In this document: in pieces, positions 53,359 through 64,000 of the stretch | Layout: each line of letters opens with the position of its first letter | Position numbering within the stretch: the stretch's first letter is position 1 | Assembly (NCBI GenBank): GCA_964016885.1 | Contig: OZ024741.1 | Span: 339,574,001 to 339,638,000, forward strand | Origin: Eledone cirrhosa | Lineage: Eukaryota | DNA: 64,000 nt | Reading direction: 5' to 3' | Position numbers and translations under genes: made by a program | Notes under the pieces: model-generated | What the model was told of the DNA's origin: nothing | Database searches by the model: none | Seen by the model: the letters and a program-made list of their open reading frames with translations, nothing else

Positions 53359-53528
53359 CCGTATTTCCCGGCGCCGAAGGCGCTTCGTGCTCGAGGACGC
53401 ATCCAAATTTTGACAACCAAAAATTTGAAAAAAAAAATAATAAACCACCTTCGGATTCCAGGACGCATGGTAGATTTTTGAGACTTATTTTAGGAAAAAA
53501 GTAGCGTCTTCGACGCCGGGAAATACGG
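53359..53528. mobile_element. Tc1/mariner (pogo-like) MITE
   Basis: TIR CCGTATTTCCCGGCG.CGAAG.CGCT and its reverse complement; TA TSD. Confidence 0.85.
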
Positions 53529-54217
53529 TACTTTAAAAAAAATGAAATAAATCCTTCCCAAGGCATCTATCATTGTAGGGCCTGTCTTTGTCTTTAGTTT
53601 CCATATTTGAGATAATTTTATTTTTCAGATCTGTATAGGTTTGTCGTAATTTCTTCATTGAGTTGCACTTGTAATTATAAGGCACCATTCTTATCCCACT
53701 CTGTGCCATGCTGAATTTCCCTAAGAATTACCTTATAGGTACATCGTACACGTGTCTGTGGAATGCCCAGTCACTTACACGGTATACAACTGGAACGCTC
53801 ATCGTCAAAATCGACGGAGGTCCACTCTAATTCAATGTATTTAGATACATTTTAGTCTTGCCGTAAATATTTTCTAATATTTTTCTAATTACAGAACATT
53901 CCCACCTCCTTGTATTATGTATATAGAAATAAGAATTAAATCTTTCTGTGTCCTATTTTAGATTCTAAATGCTGTAATTATCCCCCTTGTTTTCCTTTCT
54001 AGTTTTCCTAATTCACTTAACTTACAGTTAAAGATATTGCAACCATAACTGATTATTGGAACACCTAGGTCATTCATACCTATTATTTTATATTTATCAT
54101 ATAATTCAGTTTTAAAGCATTTATCTAATACGTCTATTATAACATTCCTTCATAAAATTATATTTCGTTTCTTTGTACTTCATTGATTTCTAAGAGTTTG
54201 TAATTCTATCTAGAATC

Positions 54218-55366
54218 TGGCAGTATCGATAGAGCGTCGGACAATATGCTTTGTGGCACAGAGTTACGACCCTTTACGTTCCGAGTTCAAATCCCACCGA
54301 GGTTAGCTTTGCCTTTCATCCTTACGGGGGTTGATAAAATAAAGCACGAGTCATACACTGGGGTCGATTTAATCGACTTCCCCCTCCCCTCCAAATTGCT
54401 GGTCTTGTGCCTAATGTAGAAAACTTTATTATTATTATAATGGTTTCTTATCTAGGCACAAGGCCAGCAATTATGGGGGAGGGGCAAGTCAATTGTATCT
54501 ACCATAGTGCATGACTGGTACTTTATTTTATCGACCCCGTAAGGATGAAGGGCAAAGTTAACCTTGGCGGGATTTGAACTCAGAATGATAATATTATAAT
54601 TGTTTCTACTTTAGGCACAAGGCCAGCAATTACCCAGTACATTACTGGTACTTTATTTTATTGATCCCGTAAGGATGAAAGGCAAAGTCAACCTCGGCGG
54701 GATTTGAACTCAGATCGTAGGGTAATATTATAATTGTTTCTACTTTAGGCACAAGGCCAGCAATTAACCAGTGCATTACTGGTACTTTATTTTATCGACC
54801 CCGTAAGGATGAAAGGCAAAGTCAACCTCGGCGGGATTTGAACTCAGATCGTAAAGGGACGTAACTATGCTGGAAAGCATGGCGTCCGACTCTCTACCGA
54901 TACTGCCAATCCACCACCCTGGGGTAATATTATAATGGTGAATTGACAGTATCGCTAGAGCATCGGACAACATGCTTTGCGGTATAGAGTTACGGCTTTT
55001 ACGTTCTGGGTTCAAATCCCGCCGAAGTAATTTTGCCTTTCATCCTTACGGGGTCGATAAAAAAGTACCAGTCACGCGCTGGGGTTGACTTAATCGATTT
55101 TCCTTTTCCCTTCAAATTGCTGGCCTTGTGCTTAAACCAGAAACCATTATTATTATTATTTTAAAAGGGCGGTGAATTGGCAGTATCGGTAGAGGGTTGG
55201 ACGCCATGCTTTCTAGCATAGTTACGTCCCTTTACAGTCTGAGTTCAAATCCCGCCGAGGTTAACTTTGCCTTTCATCCTTACGGAGTCGATAAAATAAA
55301 GTACCAGTAATGTACTGGGTAATTTGCTGGCCTTGTGCCTAAAGTAGAAACAATTATTATTATTAT
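54218..55366. mobile_element. Cluster of about 6 tRNA-derived SINE copies in both orientations
   Basis: Repeated B-box GAGTTCAAATCC and GCCTTTCATCCTTACGGGGTCGATAAAA core; copies are inserted into each other's ATTATT tails. Confidence 0.88.
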
Positions 55367-55962
55367 TTTCTCCTCTACTTGGCATTACGTTGTTCCTCTG
55401 CCAGCATTTAGATTGCTAGACGTGAAACTGTCTCCTTCTATATACATAGTACCTTTCGTGTTGTTCGTAAATGCAAGCTGTCTGCAGAGTCAGAAGATTC
55501 ACATCTTCAAACAACTATTCAGACTTTGAACCTCTGTTCTGTATATTTGTCCTGGGGTATTTTACGTCATAGGTGTACAGTTCTATTTTCTTTTCCTAAG
55601 GCTCCTAATACAATTAGGATGATAACAACTTTGCGGAAATTCTAGGTTCTCTGTATTCTGTATATGAACTCTGGGCACTTTTCTATTTTCTCGTCTTATT
55701 TATCTACCACTTTGACATTAAATGAGCAAGCAGCAGCGATTAGCCAACACACCTCTCTATAAAAATATCTGAGGGTGAATATTTCATTTGCCTATCCGTT
55801 TGAATCTTGATGAATATATATACCCTATCACACACACATACGCACACACACGCGCAACAACAACAACACACACATATATTTACGTAAAAGGTAAACAGAA
55901 ATAACAAAGCAAACGGCACAGTACATGGAAGAAATATATTAGTCTAACGCTTGAAATAGCTG

Positions 55963-56043
55963 GAAGAGAGTCTTGATGTTTCGGACACTAACCTTTCATC
56001 AGAAGAGAGTCTTAATGTTTCGGACACTAGCCCTTCATCAGAG
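55963..56043 (-). ncRNA. Two tandem minimal hammerhead motifs (39-nt period)
   Basis: Minus strand: CTGATGA-A-GGGC tagt GTCC-GAAACATTAAGA...CTGATGA-AAGGT tagt GTCC-GAAACATCAAGA. Confidence 0.65.
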
Positions 56044-56778
56044 TTAAAAATTGAAGATAATAGAAATAAAAGCGTGAGAAGAGGAAGGAACGGTGAAAAA
56101 TTAGGAAAAAAAAGCGGGGAGAAAAATATATACGATAGGTCTGGGGCTCATATCACTAAAACACCTAAAAATCTTTCTATAGAAACAAGCTCATAGGAAA
56201 CGAGCTAAGCCCGCGTGGGTGTGAGCTGTAAATTTTCATTTTCAAAGCAGTGCTCCAGCATGACCGTGGTTCTAGTAAAGGAATAAAAACCGATAAGAGA
56301 ATAAAAGGAAAAATAATACCAATAAAAAATAAAAAATGAAAACGTTAAATCTGTAAGCATTGAAAAGAAAAAGGAGAAAGATAAACCCAGCAGCAGCAGC
56401 AGGAAAATAAACTGAAGCTAGATCAAAGTTCAAGAATATCTGTATATACCTGCAGAAATATCGATTGAGAAAAGCCGAAAGCAGAACTACAACGACTAAC
56501 AGATGAATACAATTGAACACAAGAAATAATCTGAAGTCGGAGAAGAAAACTAATGTTAGAAAATGTTGAATATGACAACAATTCGAAGGTGGGAAACAGT
56601 TCAAGAATGTAAAGACAAAAATCGATAAAACCCTTTCTTATGGACCAGCGAAGAAAAGACAGGCCACACCTGCAGATTATACTTAATGAGATAAAACTAT
56701 GATAAAGGAGACACCGGGAATAAAAAGAAAACAAACACAAAATGGGCCATCGCAGACACATTGAAAAATATAGTGGGT

Positions 56779-59100
56779 TATCGTAGACATACTGGGCACA
56801 TTCGAGATTATTATAGATATACTGAGCACATTCGAGAACATCGTAGACATACTGGGAACTTTCGAGATTATTATAGAAATACTGAGCACATTCGAGAACA
56901 TCGTAGTCATACTGGGAACTTTCGAGATTAGTATAGATATACTGGGCACATTCGAGAACATCGTAGACATACTGGGAACTTTCGAGATTATTATAGATAT
57001 ACTGGGCACATTCGAGAACATCGTAGTCATACTGGGAACTTTCGAGATTATTATAGATGTACTGGGCATATTCGAGAACATCGTAATCATACTGGGCACA
57101 TTCGAGATTATTATAGATATACTGGTCATATTCGAGAACATCGTAGACATACTGGGAACTTTCTAGATTATTATAGATATACTGGGCACATTCGAGAACA
57201 TCGTAGACATACTGGGTACATTCGAGATTATTATAGATATACTGGGCACATTCGAGAACATCGTAGACATACTGGGTACATTCGAGATTATTATAGATAT
57301 ACTGGTCACATTCGAGAACATCGTAGTCATACTGGGCACATTCGAGATTATTATAGATATACTGAGCACATTCGAGAACATCGTAGACATACTGGGAACT
57401 TTCGAGATTATTATAGATATACTGGTCACATTCGAGAACATCGTAGACATACTGGGCACATTCGAGATTATTATAGATATACTGAGCACATTCGAGAACA
57501 TCGTAGACATACTGGGAACTTTCGAGATTATTATAGATATACTGGGCACATTCGAGAACATTGTAGACATACTGGGAACTTTCGAGATTATTATAGATAT
57601 ACTGGGCACATTCGAGAACATCGTAGTCATAATGGGCACATTCGAGATTATTATAGATATACTGAGCACATTCGAGAACATCGTAGTCATACTGGGCACA
57701 TTCGAGATTATTATAGATATACTGGGCACATTCGAGAACATCGTAGACATACTGGGAACTTTCGAGATTATTATAGATATACTGGGCACATTCGAGAACA
57801 TCGTAGACATACTGGGTACATTCGAGATTATTATAGATATACTGAGCACATTCGAGAACATCGTAGACATACTGGGCACATTCGAGATTATTATAGATAT
57901 ACTGAGAACATTCGAGAACATCGTAGTCATACTGGGCACATTCGAGATTATTATAGATATACTGAGCACATTCGAGAACATCGTTGACATACTGGGCACA
58001 TTCGAGATTATTATAGATATACTGGGCACATTCGAGAACATCGTAGTCATACTGGGCACATTCGAGATTATTATAGATATACTGAGAACATTCGAGAACA
58101 TCGTAGTCATACTGGGCACATTCGAGATTATTATAGATATACTGGGCACATTCGAGAACATCGTAGACATACTGGGCACATTCGAGATTATTATAGATAT
58201 ACTGAGAACATTCGAGAACATCGTAGTCATACTGGGCACATTCGAGATTATTATAGATATACTGGGCACATTCGAGAACATCGTAGACATACTGGGTACA
58301 TTCGAGATTATTATAGATATACTGAGCACATTCGAGAACATCGTAGTCATACTGGGAACTTTCGAGATTATTATAGATATACTGGGCACATTCGAGAACA
58401 TCGTAGTCATAATGGGCACATTCGAGATTATTATAGATATACTGAGCACATTCGAGAACATCGTAGTCATACTGGGCACATTCGAGATTATTATAGATAT
58501 ACTGGGCACATTCGAGAACATCGTAGACATACTGGGCACATTCGAGATTATTATAGATATACTGAGCACATTCGAGAACATCGTAGTCATACTGGGAACT
58601 TTCGAGATTATTATAGATATACTGGGCACATTCGAGAACATCGTAGTCATACTGGGCACATTCGAGATTATTATAGATATACTGAGCACATTCGAGAACA
58701 TCGTAGACATACTGGGAACTTTCGAGATTATTATAGATATACTGGGCACATTCGAGAACATCGTAGACATACTGGGAACTTTCGAGATTATTATAGATAT
58801 ACTGGGCACATTCGAGAACATCGTAGTCATACTGGGAACTTTCGAGATTATCGTAGACTGACTGGAAACATCCGAGACAATCGTAGATTGATCGGGAACA
58901 CCCGAGACCATCGTAGACAGCATGGGAACATACTGGAACATTGTAGACATATTGGGACCATCTGAGACTATCGTAGACAGCATGGGAGCATACTGGAACA
59001 TTGTAGACATATTGGGATAATCTGAGACTACCGTAGACAGCATGGGAACATACTGGAACCATCGTTAATATATTGGGAACATCCGAGACCATCGTAAACC
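56779..59100. repeat. 60-bp satellite (dimer of 30-bp subunits)
   Basis: About 35 units of ACTGGGCACATTCGAGAACATCGTAGACAT + ACTGGG(A/C)AC(T/A)TTCGAGATTATTATAGATAT, decaying after 58860. Confidence 0.95.
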
Positions 59101-59162
59101 ACGTGTAATCAGTGGCAATCTGTGAAACTTGGATTAACAACAGAGAGTAATCTCAGTAATAT

Positions 59163-59386
59163 AATGGTTTCTTATTTAAGCAACAAGGCCCACATTTATT
59201 TTTTTTTTTGCGGAAGACGATTAAATCGACTCCAGTGCGTTACTGGTACTTTATTTTATCGATCTTATACGGATGAAAGGCAAAGCTAACCTCGGTGGGA
59301 TTTGAACTCAGAACGTAGAGGGACTTAACTATATGCCGTAAAGCATGGTGTCCGAATCTCTACCAATTACTGCCAATCCACCGCCC
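59163..59386 (-). mobile_element. tRNA-derived SINE
   Basis: Same family as 4041-4230. Confidence 0.8.
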
Positions 59387-59472
59387 ATTTTACATTTGCT
59401 TATTTCAAGGCTGAGTAATTAAATATTTCAATATGGTATTTCTAATGAAATACACTACCCATTCTTCTGTGA

Positions 59473-59795
59473 AGGCGCATGGCTTAATGGTTAGAGCGTC
59501 ACGCTTACAATTGCGAGGTTGTGAGTTTGAATTCCGGTCCAGGATTTGCGTTTTGCGTTTTGTGCTTGAGCAAGACACTTTATTTTACGTTGTTCCAGTT
59601 TACTCAGCTGTAGAAATGAGTTGCGACGTCACTGGTGCCAAGCTGTATCGGCAATTGCCTTTCCCTTGGACAACAACAATGACGAGGGGAGACTGGAATG
59701 CATGGGCGACTACTGGTCTTCCATAAACAACCTTGCCCAGAATTTTCTAGGTGCGAATCCCATGGTCATTCGTGACTGAAGGGGGTCTTAACCCT
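59473..59795 (+). mobile_element. Second tRNA-derived SINE family
   Basis: GGCGCATGGCTTAATGGTTAGAG (A box), GAGTTTGAATTCC (B-box-like), then TTGAGCAAGACACTT core. Confidence 0.65.
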
Positions 59796-60274
59796 TACAC
59801 TACCTATGTGTTTCAATTAAAAAAAAATGAGGGATTTAATAAAGTAAGCAAGTTTTTTTTTATTAGTAAGCTGATATTTAATAAATTAATTAACAAACAT
59901 TTCTAAAAATAAAGATTAAAATAAAAGATTTTAATATAAGAATAAGCATTTTATAAAGAGCAGCGTTGTATCATAAATCGAGGATAGTTTCAGGTGGTAT
60001 GGTATCAAAATATTAATTATATCTGTAAGTATATCTATATTCTACTCACAAGGCATTTGTTAACTCGTTGGTACACATTACTTAGGTAATATATTATGTT
60101 TCGTACAGGTTGAGGAACATAGGTTTCACTTATTAAATAGTTTAATGTTATGTTGTAATCTGCACACGTTGCATTAGCAGAGTGTGAGCAATATGAACAA
60201 TATGGAAGTCGTGTCACGTCGTGTAGAGTGAAGTGTGAGGGCTATGACAGATGTATGTGATTGTTGCTATATCC

Positions 60275-61392
60275 TGGCTGGCTGGCTGACTGGCTGGTTG
60301 GACGACTGGCTAGCTGACTGGCTGGGTGGCTGGGTTACTGCCTAGCTGGCTGGCTGGCTGGGTGGCTGGGTTACTGCCTAGCTGACTGGCTGGGTGGCTG
60401 GGTTACTGCCTAGCTGGCTGGCTGGCTGGGTGGCTGGGTTACTGCCTAGCTGACTGGCTGGGTTACTGCCTAGCTGGCTGGCTGGCTGGGTGGCTGGGTT
60501 ACTGCCTAGCTGGCTGGCTGGCTGGGTGGCTGGGTTACTGCCTAGCTGACTGGCTGGGTGGCTGGGTTACTGCCTAGCTGGCTGGCTGGCTGGGTGGCTG
60601 GGTTACTGCCTAGCTGACTGGCTGGGTTACTGCCTAGCTGGCTGGCTGGCTGGGTGGCTGGGTTACTGCCTAGCTGGCTGGCTGGCTGGCTGGCTGGGTT
60701 ACTGCCTAGCTGACTGGCTGGGTGGCTGGGTTACTGCCTAGCTGGCTGGCTAGCTGAATGGCTGGTTGGATGACTGGCTAGCTGACTGGCTGGGTGGCTG
60801 GGTCACTGGCTATATTAGTCTGGCTAACTGACTGGCTGGTTGGATGACTGGCTAGCTGGCTGGCTGGCTGGCTGGGTTACTGCCTAGCTGGCTGGCTGGC
60901 TAACTGGCTGGTTGGATGACTGGCTAGCTGGCTGGGTGGCTGGGTGATTGGCTAGCTGGCTGGCTGGCCGACTGGCTGGTTGGATGACTGGCTAGCTGGC
61001 TGGATGGATGGATGGGTGACTGGCTAGCTGGCTGGCTGGATGGGTGGGTGACTGGCTAGCTGGTTGGCTAGCTGACTGGCTAGCTGGCTGGCTGGCTGGC
61101 TGGGTGACTGGCTAGCTGGCTGGCTGGCTGACTGGCTGGTTGGATGGGTGACTGGTTGGATGACTGGCTAGCTGGCTGGGTGGCTGGGTGATTGGCTAGC
61201 TGGCTGGCTGGCTGACTGGCTGGTTGGATGGGTGACTGGCTAGCTGGCTGGATGGGTGGATGGGTGACTGGCTAGCTGGCTGGCTCGCTGACTGGCTGGT
61301 TGAATAACTGGCTAGAGGGCTGGCTGGATGGCTGGGTAATTGGCTAGCTGGCTGGCTGGTTGGCTGGGTGGGTGACTGGCTAGCTGGCTGGT
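60275..61392. repeat. (GGCT)n-derived complex minisatellite
   Basis: GGCT/GACT/AGCT tetramers with higher-order GGTTACTGCCTAGCT units. Confidence 0.9.
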
Positions 61393-61719
61393 TAGTTTCT
61401 GAAGTGTGAGGGCTATGGCAGATGTTGCTGATTGTTGCTATATCCTGGCTGGCTGGTTGGTCATGTCGAGAAATATAGAAATTTAGAACTATGTTCGTCA
61501 ACTATTAGAGAGACAAGTGCTGTTTATTGCTAGGAGGAACTCATAGGATGCTCAGGCTTGCATTTAAATCAGTCACAGGGCCCTTGGTTGAAAGTCTTTT
61601 GCAGGTAGTGTATTTATAAGGACTTATAATGAGGCAGGCAAAAGAATGGATATATAAAAAAAAATGGATATATATATGGATATATATATATAAAAGAAAA
61701 AAATATATATATACATATA

Positions 61720-61752
<33 letters not shown>

Positions 61753-61814
61753 GTGTCTGTGTGTGTATACATATGTGCGTGTGTATGTCAGTGCGTCCAT
61801 TCTTTTGCTTGCCT

Positions 61815-61886
<72 letters not shown>

Positions 61887-61944
61887 ATACGCTATGGTGC
61901 GTTATATGGTCCACCTGGTAACTTACCACACTTTTTTGTTATAC

Positions 61945-62058
<114 letters not shown>

Positions 62059-62076
62059 GCACACATATATATATAT

Positions 62077-62110
<34 letters not shown>

Positions 62111-62257
62111 AGACAAATAGAGCAGCAAATGATATATAGAGATAATAGATGCGTTGAGGATATAAGATTTTATTGATTGATAGAAAGTAAAGAAGAGAGC
62201 TACAACGGTAAATTAAGGGTGAATATATATCTATATATATATCTATATATATCTATA

Positions 62258-62319
<62 letters not shown>

Positions 62320-62359
62320 CATATATAAATATATATATATACTTATATATATATATATA

Positions 62360-62461
<102 letters not shown>

Positions 62462-63367
62462 GTAGATATATATATATATATATATATATATTGGGTAGAC
62501 GGAAACTGTTTGGAAGTCCGTCAGATGACATCGCTCTGAATCTCCCTGTAAATTACGTTATGGGTACTCGTTTCTGTGGAATGCTCAGTCACTTACACCT
62601 TAATTTCACTAGCTGGCTGTTTGCGTTGATAGAACAACGGGAACTCTCATTATAGAAATCGACGAAGGTCCTTTCCATTTGTTTTAACTAAGAAGCCCAG
62701 GTTGGGAGTGAGAGAATATACTATACTAAATATTAACTTTGTCTGATCCTGGTGGTGCACAGGGTTTTTGTGGGTGGGGATAGAGTTGGAAGTCGATGTG
62801 GGTGTGTAGGACAGAAATGACCGAGAATCAGATCGTCTGTATCTCTATAAAACTGCATTCATTGGAAAATTGAACCTTGAATTATAATGTAACCTTATGC
62901 AATCAGCCATGTTGTTCGACGACTGTCTTAACATTCGACACATTACAAAACAAAAAGGCAGAGTCGAGGGTCACGGCGAAAAATATTCCCTTTGGTCAGT
63001 ATCTATAGTCCACCCCTTTCTCCTTTATTCACATCCCATCATCAGCTCTGATAGATGAATTAGTTGTAAAACCATGTATTATTCTTCACAGTAATCTCCA
63101 CATATTTCCGCCTTTCCTTCTAAAAGAATTACTAATGCCACTCACTACTTAAGACCTATTCTTCTATAAACCACTGAACTATAGCCGCTAGTCTTTGATA
63201 GTTCACGCTTCAGCAAACAAGCATTTCTAATCATCTTTCACTTCACGCACATTACACATCAAACGCACCCCTCAACACACACATATACATGCATGCATAC
63301 AAGCATACATATGTGCATGAATACACACATGCATACATATATGCACAAAACATACGCAAACACATAC

Positions 63368-63446
<79 letters not shown>

Positions 63447-64000
63447 CATATATATATAGATACATACACACACACACACATATATATAGATAGATAGATA
63501 CATATAAAGATACGCACATACAGACACACATACATCCATATACATATACAAACACACATACATACATACAAACACACATACAAGCACATATATAAGCATA
63601 CATACATCCATATACATATACAAACACATACATACATACAAACACACATACAAGCACATATATAAGCATACATACATATATACATACATACACATATGCA
63701 TACACACACAAGTACATGAATACATACAAATGCACACACATGCACATATACATACATACATATATACATACATGCCCATACACATACGTACATACATGCA
63801 CACACACATACATGCATACATACATATAGATGCAAGCACTGACACATACACAACAACGAGAGGAAGAACAGTATCAATGACAAGAAGAACAACAACAGTA
63901 ACATCAGGAACAACAACAACAACAACAATAGCAACAGGGAGAACGACAACTGGAACATCAGCAGCAACCTCATCCTCACCAACAACAACAACATCAATAA

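Noticed and set aside
59473-59545. tRNA gene
   Set aside because: A/B boxes are present but there is no proper cloverleaf, and it continues into a SINE body.

Overview
Repeat-rich eukaryotic (animal) DNA, most likely a coleoid cephalopod such as Octopus. This is inferred from a single-exon 6-EC protocadherin, dense (TA)n/(CA)n/(CAC)n microsatellites and the SINE content. The only host gene is a protocadherin large exon (minus strand, 7540-10225). The rest is mobile DNA and tandem repeats: two decayed Penelope-like elements (PLE), six copies of a Tx1/L1-clade LINE that sit at (GATA)n microsatellites (one near full-length), a young CsRn1-type Ty3/Gypsy element with identical 228-bp LTRs, RTE fragments, tRNA-derived SINEs, three MITEs, and 20-, 60- and 72-bp satellites. 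The main unannotated signal is a population of non-coding elements carrying type I hammerhead ribozymes (HHR). The best case is a 310-bp 'satellite' (41553-45708) whose about 13.4 apparently identical units carry 14 hammerheads, arranged as two divergent arms whose 3' ends run into (TA)n. Several unrelated HHR families (about 590-nt, about 420-nt and a 317-bp foldback) share this terminally redundant and/or inverted, (TA)n-embedded architecture. That fits retrozymes (HHR-processed circular RNAs) copied by rolling-circle, twin-primed reverse transcription, probably using a PLE enzyme. All structures were read by eye; activity and novelty are untested.
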